Source: the human T2T-CHM13v2.0 reference genome, Homo sapiens. Taken from it: a stretch of DNA of 64,000 bases. Within the stretch, counting starts at the first letter, position 1. Each line of letters starts with the position of its first letter. The stretch lies in NCBI RefSeq assembly GCF_009914755.1, contig NC_060933.1; one strand, written 5' to 3'. The translations under genes and the position numbers were made by a program. Positions 1 through 12,049 of the stretch are shown here, in pieces. The notes under the pieces were generated by a model. The model was not told the DNA's origin. It saw only the letters and a list, made by a program, of their open reading frames with translations, and ran no database searches.

Positions 1-1060
1 ACAAGCTTGCCCTAAGATCACCTGGATAAGTATTCTGGTTTCTCAGGCAGTGGACAGTGCCATAGAGCTCCCAAGAGATTATGTCCTTTATTTCCAGCTA
101 CCAGGATGAGTAGAGAAAGACCATCAGATGGGGGCAGAGTTAGGCATGTTTGAGCTCAGACTCTCCTTTGGTGGGGCTTGCTGTGGATGCTGTGAGGGAT
201 GGGGGTGTGGTTCTGAGGCCAAGGGAGTTATGTTCCCAGGGACCCATGGCTGCTTCTGCTGCTTCATGCAGGTCACCAGGGAAATGGGGGAAAGCCACCA
301 ATTATAGGCCTCACCCGTCTACCATGCAGCCCAAAAGGCTAGTTTCACTGCCATCGTGTCCCCACAGCAGCACCTAGTTTATTTCCAGGCAGCCAGTGAG
401 CAGGACTGAAAACTTGCCCCAGGATACAAGCCTCCCCTCTGAGAAAGCAAGCAGGGCTTTCAGGTTTCATGCCTCCCTGCCTGCTGCAGTTTCTGTGCTT
501 GTGTCTGCACTCCCTGTTTACTTCCTCCCCTGGATTCTGTCTAGAAAACTTTATGTTTGGTCGAAGTTGTTACAAACTTTAGCTGGAAGTTTTCTTCTCC
601 CTGTGGTCTTTCCTCAATTTCACTGGCTGGAAGCCCTCTCTAAGGAACCCTGTGAGACAAAGTCAGGAATGGCTTCCCTTGGGATTGAAAGTGCCCACAG
701 GGCTCTTCCTGTGCTTCCTCTACCCCCATATTTCACTTGGCTCTCTAAATTTATCTCAGCTTCAGGCAAGGCCAAATACTTCTCCTGTGATCTGGATATT
801 CAGGTTCCCCAGTGAGGATGTGTGCTGGGGGGTGGACATTCCCCCTCACACTTTGCACACTCACAGTTTTTCAGAGGTCTCACAGAGCCTGCAGTGGCAA
901 GCTGCTTCCTTTGAAAGGTCTGTGATTCTCTTGGCTTTTCTGGCATGATCCTGTGGTAGTTCTTGGAGCAAAAGTTCATGATGTGAATCCCCATATGCTG
1001 CTCTGTCCATCCCAGTGGGAGAGCAAGTTAGTCCTATTTCCTATCCACCATTTTTCCAGA
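1..1060 (-). mobile_element. L1 5' UTR region (L1PB/L1PBa-like), running off the window start
   Basis: The reverse complement of the right end (GGAAAAATGGTGGATAGGAAATAGGACTAAC...) resembles the L1PB 5' terminus, and the GC-richer body resembles its 5' UTR. Confidence 0.7.
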
Positions 1061-1065
1061 GAAGG

Positions 1066-1464
1066 TTCTAGTGGCCATTCTTGCACTCCTAGAAAGAAAT
1101 ACCTGGTATCAGATAATTTATAAAGAAAAGAGGTTTAGTTGGCTCACAGTTCTGCATGCTGTACAGGAAGCGTAGCGGCATCTGCTTCTGGGGAAGTTTC
1201 AGGAAGCTTCCAATCATGGTGGAAGGCAGAGTGGGAGCAGGCATGTCACATGGGGAGAAAGAGAGATAGCAAGATGCCATAGACTTTAAAACAGTCAGAC
1301 CTCATGATAAGTTAACACTATCGCAAGAACAGCACCAAAAGGATGGTGGTAAACTATTCATGAGAAATCCACACCCATGATTTGATCATTTCCCACCAGG
1401 CCCAACCTCCAATACTGGAGATTACAATGAGATTTGAGTGAGAACACATATCCAAACTATATCA
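1066..1464 (-). mobile_element. MaLR solo LTR (MSTA/MSTB-like)
   Basis: Contains GGCTCACAGTTCTGCATGCTGTACAGGAAGC and ends CCAAACTATATCA, the reverse complement of the MST start TGATATGGTTTGG. Confidence 0.85.
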
Positions 1465-1655
1465 CCCTATCTCTACGAAAAATGTCTTAAATAAAAATAA
1501 AATAAAATAAGATTCTTTAAAAAGGCTATTTGACACTGGATTGTTTTGCTTACTTATACGTATATATAGTTCTAAATAAAAAACAAAATTCGATGTATAT
1601 TTTTTAAAGTACACATAAGTCTTTTCCAAAAAGCTAAGGTGTATACTTTCCTTCC

Positions 1656-1812
1656 TTTTTTTTTTTTTTTTTTTTTGAGGCAGAGTTTTACTCCATCACC
1701 CAGGCTAGATAACAGTGGCAAGATCACAGCTCACTGCAGCCTTGATGTCCCAAGCTCAGGTGATCCTCAACCTTCCTGGTATCTGGGGTTACAAAAGTGT
1801 AATAATTTTTGG

Positions 1813-1846
<34 letters not shown>

Positions 1847-1964
1847 TAGAGGTGGAATTTCACCTTGTTGCCCAGACTGGTCTCAGACTCCTGGGCTCAA
1901 GCAATCCACCCTTCTTGGCCTCCTTAAGTGCTGGGATTACAGACGTGAGCCACTGTACCCAGCA
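1656..1964 (-). mobile_element. AluJ-like SINE with expanded internal T-run
   Basis: Poly-T start, two Alu arms, ~30-T linker at 1816-1845, ends GTGAGCCACTGTACCCAGC. Confidence 0.9.
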
Positions 1965-2421
1965 CATTTAAATGTTTTTTGTTGTTAATTTTTGAAAATT
2001 TTACTTTTCTGGACAACATATTTTGGCTCATTTGCTAAAGTATAATAATTTCTCAACAGAATATTTTACAGAATCTATGTCAATTAAATGCCATTTTGGT
2101 CTGAGTTGTAGTATATAAAATCATTTTTATAGTCTGACATGATTAATTTCACATTTACTAATTATCCTTTCCTCTTTCTGCATCCTCCATCTGCATCTTT
2201 CTTGCTACATCTTCCTATCCCTGTGTCTCTCTTATCACCCTCTTTTATAGCACAACATACACACATATTTTTATGGCATTTGAAAACTAAGTTAAAGTCC
2301 TATGTTAATATTATTATATATTATAAAAAGAGTTTTCTTTGTTAAAAAAGTATCAAAACTGATTAACACTAATAGATTCTATTCATAAAAATATCCCTTA
2401 TGTGTTGGAAGGCAGATTCAT

Positions 2422-3386
2422 GTTTTTTTTTATTGCTGCATAACAAATTGTCTCAAACTTAGCAGCTTATAGCATTATCTCCTCATTTCCATGGGTCAGG
2501 AGTAGAGGCACAGCTTAGCTTGGCCTTCTTCTCAGAGTCTCACAAGGTTGCAATAAAAATGAAAGCCAACATGTATGCTCATCTGAAGGCTCAACTGAGG
2601 AAGAATGAACTTCCTCCCTCATTTGGGTTATTAGTAGAAGGTAGCATGATGCAATTTAGGGCCCTGTCTTTACTGGTTGCCATATGGGGACCACTCTCAG
2701 GTCCAAGAATTGCCCATGATTAGTAGACTCCACTGAAATTACTTGTTATGTGGGCTTCTTCAACATAACCATAAATTCATTAAGCCCACAAGGGAAGACT
2801 TTGTTTCTAGTCTGCTAAGACAGGATCTTATAAAATACAGTGTAATCACAGGAGTGACATGTTATCACCTTTCCCATGTTCTCTCAGTCAGAATTAAGAT
2901 ACAAGTCTCTCCCATGCCCAAGGGGAGTTTATTAGTCAATGCTCTCCAGAGAAATAGAACCAATAAAACAGACACAAGATTTACCTTAAGGATTAGCTCA
3001 AAAAATGGTGTGGGTTTCTAAACCTGAAACCCATAGGTAGTTTGGTGAGCTGGAAACTCAGGCAGAAGTTGAAGCTTCAGTTTTGAAGTAGAATTTTTTT
3101 CTTCTCTGAGACATCTCAGCTTTTTGTTCTCAACACATTCAGCTGATTGAACAAAACCAACCCATGCTGTCCACAGTAATCTCCTTTACTCAAAGGCAAC
3201 TTATTATAAACATTAATCACATCTACAAAATACGTTTATGGCATATCTAGATTGATGTTTGGTTAAGTAATGGGGCACTATATCCTAGACACATATATTT
3301 AATCATGCACAGGGAGGGAATTACAAGAAGCAGTGAACACTAGGACAAGGAGATCACTGGGATCTCCTTGGAGCTTTCCCACCATG
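2422..3386 (-). mobile_element. MLT1-family LTR split by an MLT2 insertion
   Basis: TATTGCTGCATAACAAATT...AAACTTAGCAGCTT and ATGGGTCAGGAGT...CAGCTTAGCT are MLT1 hallmarks; the element resumes after 3316. Confidence 0.7.
2928..3311 (-). mobile_element. MLT2-family (ERVL) solo LTR
   Basis: Begins TTTATTAGTC...CTCCAGAGAAATAGAACCAATA, ends CATGCACA; 5-bp target duplication GGGAG at 2923-2927 and 3312-3316. Confidence 0.8.
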
Positions 3387-3398
3387 GAAGGTATTTAG

Positions 3399-5626
3399 TT
3401 TTTTTATTTAATTTATTTTTAATTTTTTTTGGTGGTTGTCTCTAATATTTATTTGCCAGGTTATAAAATTAATACGTGAAGAGCATTGGATTTGGTGAGA
3501 ACGTTTTGAACCCTAGCTGTCACATGTCATCTACAGGATCTAGACCGTGATTTCTCAGAACTGCCATTTCCTCATCTGGTAGACGGGATGGTGAGCACGG
3601 TCTTGCTCACTCCACATATGGCAGTGCATATGAAATGAGTTCACAGAGGGGAAGCACTTGGCACGCTGGAAGGTGCTGACAAATGGAAGGGGTTAGTGTC
3701 ACCACCCTCAGCTGAGGTAGTACCAAGGTCCAAGCTCCTGCCCCTCCCCCTCCCCCTCCCCAGCCCCTAAATACAACACGAATGGAGGGCCACTTGCAGC
3801 CTTGGTTTGATGCAGTTGGGGGAGAGGCCACACACTTCTTCCACAAGCCTGGCCAGATGGGGCCTCACTGGGGCCCTTTCAGAATTGGGCATCGGCTGTT
3901 GCCAGCTGTGTTAGGATGTCCTCCAACTCGAGTCCATCCTCTGGGAAATGCTCAGAGAAGGATCTGATGAGGCCAGCAGCTGAGACCTCGTATTCCAGAA
4001 GCTGCACGTCTGAGCCTTCAAGGCGAATGTTGGGCTGAACGATGAGCTTCCAAGATTCCTTACGCAGCAGCACCCTGTCCCTGAGGGTGAGAAAGCCCTC
4101 AGGGGGCGCATCAGCGACTGCTGCATACCTCTCGTACAGGGTCCACCCTCCGGCCGCATCCCCTGTGGACCAGCACCTCCGCAGGAAGCGCTCTAGGGCA
4201 GGGTTGCCCACAGACTGGATCTTGCTGCGGTCGAGACGGACCTGGGCTTCCGGGCGCCCATCGGAGCCTGCGGTGGGAGTGATGGTACCGAGTCCCTCGC
4301 CAGCCTCTGGTAAGACTCTCAGGATCACAATCCGGGCCCGTATATGGGCCTGCTGCCAGTTGGAGGCCTCAGGTGTGTAGAACTCCAGAGCGAGCAGCCC
4401 AGCCCCAACCATGTTGAGCCAGTTCACGGAGATCACCTCCTCTGCATCAGCCCCCTCAAAGCCAAAGGTCTCCAGCACTTGCGGGTGGAGACAGAGGTAG
4501 AGGCCCACGCTCTCAGCCCGGCACTCTTCGTAGCTGGAGACAATGGTGCTGAACTTGCTGTCCCAGGTCTTCATGCTCCGATACCAGCTCTGAATCTGCT
4601 CTCTCATCTCTGGATTGATGGGTCTCCTGGTCAAAGTTGAATGCTCCTTTTTCATCCTGCTCGATGAGCTTGCCGCTGCCATAGCCCAGCAGTTCGTGCA
4701 GGCCCACCTGTACATCGAAGGAGGGCCCCATCAGGACGATGTACAAGTCCTTGTCACTCTCCTCCAGAACGGTGAGCTTCTCCCACTGCGTGGCTTAGAC
4801 CACAGCCAGGACGTTCCCCAGTGACACGTTCTTAAAGCCTTCCGTCTGCTTCAGGTCATTGTAGTTGGAGATGTTGATGCCGGCAGCGATGCCAGAGCCA
4901 GCGAAGGTAAGAACATCCACGGAGGTGAAGTCAGGGGTGAGGAACTTGTCTTTCTCAAAGGCTGGGGACCAGGGCAACTCCTTCAGCAGCTGCTCTGCGC
5001 TCACCACCAGCCACTCAAACTTGGCACTCATGGCCTTGTTCACCACGGCTACGAAGCCTTCACATACTCCTCGGGAACCAAAGGAGTCACGGTAGCTCTG
5101 GATGAACTCGATGTAACTCTCCACGATGGGGCCTTTGTCCTAGATCCAGAAGCGGGACCCCTTCTTGTGGGCCTCTGTGGAGCCCTGGGTGAAGCTCTCT
5201 ATGTACTGGGCCAGCATTTGCTCCTGGTGGCTGTTGGCTGCATACGTCTTGGCTTTCTCCAGCTGCTCCACCACCTTCTGGAGGATGGGCATGTAGTTCC
5301 CCCAAGTCACCTGGAAAGGGCTTCCCCGGAATTCCTAGCTCTTCAGCTTGGAATCACCTCGGAGTCCAGGGAAGGCTCTGTGCCGAGCACAGAAGCCAGC
5401 TGCACCTCGTAGTGGGGCTTCCCTTCTCCATCGACCTCTTTGAAGAGCCAGGTGTTGTACACGCACTGAGGTTCTGTGAGTCCAGAAAGTCTTGGGCCAG
5501 TTTGCCATCTTCCATGGTACAATTACCAAAGAAATAGGTGGTGATTCACTGTTAGGGAAGAGAGGGGACATGGGAAAGAGGAGTTGCTGAGGTCAGGGCT
5601 GCAGGGACGTCATCTTCCCAGCCTCC
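3399..5626 (-). pseudogene. DPP3P2: Retrotransposed, 5'-truncated pseudogene of DPP3 (dipeptidyl peptidase III, peptidase family M49), covering ~aa 167-737 plus 3' UTR
   Basis: Translations match DPP3 ([77 protein letters not shown]). The coding part (3843-5548) has no introns. AATAAA is at 3448-3453 (minus) and a degenerate poly-A at 3399-3430. Stops at ~5546, 5335, 5140, 4795 and 3879; frameshifts near 5460, 5350 and 4621. The DPP3 parent is certain; the P2 numbering is from recollection and is not verified. Confidence 0.95.
3448..3453 (-). terminator. Polyadenylation signal AATAAA of the retrocopied DPP3 mRNA
   Basis: TTTATT on the + strand, 17 nt from the T-rich tail at 3399-3430. Confidence 0.85.
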
Positions 5627-7129
5627 TTTTTTTTTGTCAGATAAGTAATGTATAGATATAATGTCCACTGACGGACAACATTTTTTCTCAGTCAATTTCT
5701 ACAAAAAAATTAGGATGTACTTCTTTTAAATAATGAACTGGTAATTCTGAGGATAAACAAGAAATCCATGAATAAGCTCTTTTTTTAATTATTATTTTAA
5801 CAAGCAGATCTCGAATCAGAATGTTAGAAGTAGTCTACCTCCACACCACCATCTCTCATACCAATGAGCAAAAGCACAAAAGTAACAGAAGAAGATTATT
5901 TCATGTGACATCTATTTCCCGAAGAATTTTTTCTGTCTATTTTCTTTCTCTCTATATATATTTTTACTTCTGAGAATAATTTGGGTGTGTTTACATTTGT
6001 GTGTATAGACCAGTGTCCTTATGACAGAAAAGGAGCTTACATAGTGGCAGGTGAAATGATTTGCAACAGTGTGTCAGCCTGAAGTCAAAGTCAGCGAGGA
6101 AACCCCCAAATCCTTGGTCTCAGTGCAATGTCAAAGCCTGTAGCTCAAGATCACAAAATATGAGTAAGGCTCCAAGATCACAGAAAAATTTTCCCTTAGA
6201 TTAATGGCAGGGCTGTGCCAAAGATGACTGAAGGGGCACCCTCTGACATGCTCATTTATCAGGGATTTACTTGTTGGCTAATGATAGCAATAACAGTTTG
6301 TATCTGACAGACACAACTAGATATATGCAGTGAGAAACTATATTTGAACACAAATTATACTGGATCTATATAATTTCCTCTTCTATTGCTTGACCTGTCA
6401 TCACAGTCTCTCTCAGTGAAGTTTATGTTTTATTTTTTAAAGAAAAAACAATTGTTTTTGAAAAAAATGGTTACACAATTGAAAACTATATCAAATTAGC
6501 TGTTTTAATTCTTCTACATTCTTTAGAAGATATTTTCATATGTATATGTAATTTCTAGTTTGCTGTAATCATAGCAGAGATACTAGAATTAATTTTTTCA
6601 TTTAAATTCTTACTGTAAACACTGTGTTCTGAATTTTCTAGTGATATTCTTCTATGTTCCTGTTGATACAAAAATTTCATTTGAATTATATAAAATACTG
6701 ATGAACAAAATAAATTTGCTTTTACTTATAATCTCACCACCATGTTATAATTACTATTAGCAATATTTTATATGATCTTTTTGTGACAAATGCATATATA
6801 CTCAAGTATATTCACATATTCATATATATATGTGCATGTGCATACACATACAATGATATTTTATTGGGTTTTTCCTTTTCTTTTTTGCTTAATGCTGCAT
6901 TGTGAAAGTAGTTATAACATTAATTTCTCTCTTGAAGTATTACTTTAAATGACTGTAGATTACTTTATTACATAGTTTTATTTACAACCAACAACCTGAT
7001 GTTGAATATTTAATTTTTTTCAATTTTTTAGCATATTGAAGAGTATCATGATGAAGATTTTATTGTACCTCTGTTCTTAATTCTGAAAATAAATTCTTAA
7101 TAGTAACATTTCTGGGTCAAAGCATATGT

Positions 7130-7990
7130 ACATTTGATAATTTAATTATGTGTATTGCAATTTCAAGGATCATCACTAAAATAAAAGGAATAAAATATAT
7201 AAATTCTGCACAAGAAAAGGAAAATGAGATGATTAAAATAATCAGCATAAAAGTTAAAAAATAAGAGAAAAGCAGGCTAGAATATGTATATCAACAAATA
7301 CCAAGAGGCAGATGTAAGTCTAAATATATTAAAACTTACATTGAATATGAAAGGCCTAAATTCTCCAGTTAAATGACAATATTAGCAGATTAAAAAAAAA
7401 AACTAAATGTATGATACTTATGTAAGTCATTTAAAATAGAATGGTTGAAAGTAAAAACACAGAAGAATATATACCATGTAAACCCTAATAAAATAATGCT
7501 ACTGCAAATATTTTAATACAAAAAATTTAAATTTAAAAAACTAGATATAAAAGGATTACTCTTTAATTATAAAAGGTTCCATATGTCACATAGCCATACA
7601 ATTTTACCTGTGTATGCTGCTTAATAGCATTGCCTAAAATACTTACAAAAGAAAATAATTATACAAAATTATACTACCTTTCTCAGGAAGTGTTAGGAGA
7701 GGCAACAACAACAGCATCAATAGACATTCGTTGATCAACCTAAGTAACAAAATTGGTCTAATGGAAGACCAAGATCCCTGTATTTAACATTTATAAATAG
7801 GCATTTTTTCAATATACACAGATTATTTACAACTATTGATAATATAGTGGCCATAAAGGATATCTCCATTAATTTTAATGAACAGATTTCATTATAAAAT
7901 ATGTCCTCTGATCACAATTCAACTAAGCTAATACAAATAGATAACTAAAAATATCCCAGTATATTTGAGAATTAAGAAATAAATATTTTA
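7130..7990 (+). mobile_element. Old degenerate L1M (ORF2 endonuclease region)
   Basis: A-rich sequence with L1-like motifs such as TTGAATATGAAAGGCCTAAATTCTCCAGTTAAA and CTCTGATCACAAT. Confidence 0.6.
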
Positions 7991-8009
7991 TTACTTTTAA
8001 AAAGCACCT

Positions 8010-10475
8010 TGTAATAAAATTGATTTTTTCCTCCTGTGGCATCACAGTTTTTTGTTTAATACATGTGTGTACCATCATATTTAAATACAAAACAATTTAA
8101 TCTCCCTCCAAAGTCCCCCTGTTCCATCTCTCATAACTCCTGACAACCACTGACTGCTTCTGAGTTCCTATAGATTTGGCTCTTCAAGAATGACATATAA
8201 ATGGAATCACATAGTATGTAACGTCTTGAGATTGACTTCTTTTACACAGCATAATGCTTTTAAGATTCATCCAAAGTCTTGTGTATTTCAAAAGCACATT
8301 TCTTTTCCTTGCTGAATAGTATTCTATTGTATGAATACACAAGCCACAATTTGTTTATCTGCCCTTCGAGGACATTTTAATTATTTCTAGTTTTTGGCAA
8401 TTATGAATAGTGGACATTTGTATAGAGGTTGTTTTGTAAACATAATTTTTCAACTCTTAGGGTAGATATCCAGAAGATGGAATGCTGTGTCATATGGTAA
8501 TTATATGTTTGCCAGTCTAGGAAATTAGAAAACCTTTCCAGAAAGATTGTACCATTTTGCATTCCTATCAGCAATATTTTGAGAGCTACAATTGTTCTGC
8601 ATCTTTGATAGCACTTTATATTTTTAGTATTTTTTTTTAATGTAAGCCATTCTAATGGTTGTACAATGGAATCTCATCATGGTTTCATTTTACATTTATC
8701 TAATGGCTATTAATGTTGAATGCCTTCTTTGTTATCCTTATTTCTTCTTTGCTGAAGTGGTTGCTCATGTCTTTTGCTAATTTTTAAATTGGATTGTGTA
8801 TTTGGATTGTGTATTTTCTTATTGTTGAGTTTTGAATGTTCTTTCTATAAAGTAAATTTCAATTCTTTGTGCATAAGTAAAATAAAAATATTTTCTCTCA
8901 TTCTGTGTCTTGCCATTTAAATTTTTTATCAGAGTCTTTCACAGTGCAATAGTTTAGAAAAATTGGTGAAGTTCAATTGATCATTTTAATCTTTTATGAA
9001 TTATGGTTTTGATTTTATGTCTAAGAACTCATCAACCAAACTCAAGGTCACATAGGTATTCTCCCATGTCCCTTCCAAACATTTTACATTTTTGCAATTT
9101 ACTTTTAGATTTTTGAATTAATTTCTTTTAAAATTTTTGAGATAATTTCTGTACATGGTGTAAAGTTTAGAATGAGATTCATTTCTTTTGCCTATGGATG
9201 TCTATTGTTCCAATACCAGTTGTTGAAAAGACTAGCCTTTATTCATTGAATGGCTTTTTTAACTTTGTCAGATTAATCAGTCACATTTGTGTGGCTCTAT
9301 TTCTTTAATCGCCATTCTTTCTTTTATCTGTATGTTTATTCCTTCACCAATACCACACTGTGAACCCTGAATATCTGAGAGAGATCTCAGTCAATTTATG
9401 AAGTTTATTTTGCCAAAGTTAAGGATGCACACCCGGGACACTGCCTCAGGAGGTCCTGACATGTGCCCAAGGTGGTCTGAGCACAGCTTGGTTTTAAACC
9501 TTTTAAGGAGACATGAGACATCAATCAATACATGTAAGATGAACATTGGTTCAGTCCGGAAATGTGGGACAACTTGAAGTGGTGAGGGGGCTTTCAAGTC
9601 ATAGGTAGACAAGGGACAAACGGTTGCATTCTTCTGAGTTTCCGATTTGCCTTTCCAAAGTACGCATTCAGATAAGCATTTATCTCAGTGAGCACAGGGA
9701 TGACTTGGAATAGAATTAAAGGGAGGTTTACCCTATGCAGTTCCCAGCTTGAACTTGACTTGTCCCTTTAGTTTAGTGATTTTGGGGCCCCACGATTTAT
9801 TTTCTTTTCACAACACTGACTTGATTATTGCAGATTTTTAGTAAGTCTTAAAATGGGCAGTATGATTCCTTCAACTTTATTCTTATCTTTCTGAATTCAT
9901 TTAGCTATTCTAGTTCTTTTGCCTTTCCTTATAAATTTAGAATCAGCTTGTCTATATCTGAAAAAAAAATTTGCTTAAATTTTGATAGATATTACATTAA
10001 ATCCATAAAACATTTTGAAAAGAATTAGTATCTTTAACAAATTCAGTCTTCAATCAATTAAAATGGTAGGGCTCCTTATATTTAGATATTCATTTGTTTC
10101 TTTCATAAGCATTTTGTAATTTTCAGCATCCAGATAGCATACACGTTTTGTGAGAATTATAACTACACATTTTTTGGAGGTTATTGTATTTATATGAAAT
10201 TGTGTGATATTTCATTATTTAAGTAATTTTTAGATTCTAATTTTACATAGGTAGTGCATAAAATAAGACTGGTTTTCATGTATTGACCTTGTACTTAAGA
10301 ACTAGCTAAACTGACTAGTTCTAGGAATTCATTTCTTTATAGATTCTTTGGGATTTTCTACATAGATAATCATGTTGTCTGTGGATGGGCAGTTTTCTTT
10401 CTTTATTTCTTTTTTTTTCCTAACAAGCATGCTTTTTATTTATTTATTTTTTCTGGGCTTATTTTCCTGGCTAAC
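8010..10475 (-). mobile_element. Old L1M 3' portion, interrupted by a MER4A LTR
   Basis: T-rich sequence with ATAAATGGAATCACATAGTATG, GTACCATTTTGCATTCC and CCAGTTGTTGAAAAGACT; continuous across 9359-9812. Confidence 0.8.
9359..9812 (-). mobile_element. MER4A/MER4A1 (ERV1) solo LTR
   Basis: TG...CA termini; the reverse complement starts TGTGAAAAGAAAATAAATCGTGGGGCCCCAAAATCACTAA; 4-bp target duplication ACAC at 9355-9358 and 9813-9816. Confidence 0.9.
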
Positions 10476-11322
10476 ACAAGAAATACATTTTATAAACAAA
10501 TGTATGTGGACTTTCAGTTCCAGAAAAAAATAGAGTGGATGAACTTTTCTTTATTCTTTCTACTAAGTCCAACTAAAAACTAGGGACATGATATGTAAAA
10601 CAAACATAAGGACACTCTGAAAGGTGAAAAAAAGAATGCAGGTTATTATTACTATTTTTTTTTTGGTTGAATATATCCCAGACTATCTGCTGTAGCATGT
10701 GGAAACCTGCAAACACAAAAGGGTGCAAACAAAGCCCCAAGGAAAGTCTGTTCTCTCTAGCCAAAGGTCCAGGAAAATAAAAACCTTAACAAGACAGAAA
10801 ACTTTTAGATAGTAACTGCCCTGCTTTAACCAAATTCCATGGACTCCATCCCCACCTCCACTAGTAAAGGCCAAGTAGAGAGCTGAGATTTTTATGTTTA
10901 TCTCATAGTAATGTGGTACCTACCTTTTTTCTTCAAGGTGATCATAAAAGGCAAAGATAAAAAATCCCCGGCTGGAATTAAGAAGCTCCCCATCTCTTAC
11001 ACACATACACACTGTGGTATCAATAAACACTGGGAACAGTAATGAAGTGCTTTTTCATTCCATGATGGACAGTTTCTGTATCTTGATTGCCAGGGTGGTT
11101 ACACTAATCAACATCTGGGATAAGAAGGCATAGAAGTAATTTTATGAATTGTATCAACATCAATTTTCTAGTTTTCATATGGTACTAGAGTTACATTAGA
11201 TATAATCCTTGAGAGAAATTGAGTGAAAGGTACATGTTCCTCTGCCTATTCTCTTTGCAATTTCCCTAATCTAAAAGTGTTTTAAAATAGAAAGTTAAAA
11301 AATCAAACAAAGAGAGAAACAA

Positions 11323-12040
<718 letters not shown>

Positions 12041-12049
12041 AAAAATGTA

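Noticed and set aside
150-994. ORFs of 64-139 aa at the window start
   Set aside because: They lie within an L1 5' UTR-like repeat and show no recognisable domain.
4042-5412. Plus-strand ORFs overlapping the pseudogene
   Set aside because: These are antisense shadows of GC-rich coding sequence with no recognisable protein.
3879-5571. Functional DPP3 gene or paralogue
   Set aside because: The N-terminal 166 aa are absent, there are multiple stops and frameshifts, a zinc-ligand His is lost, and a poly-A remnant is present.
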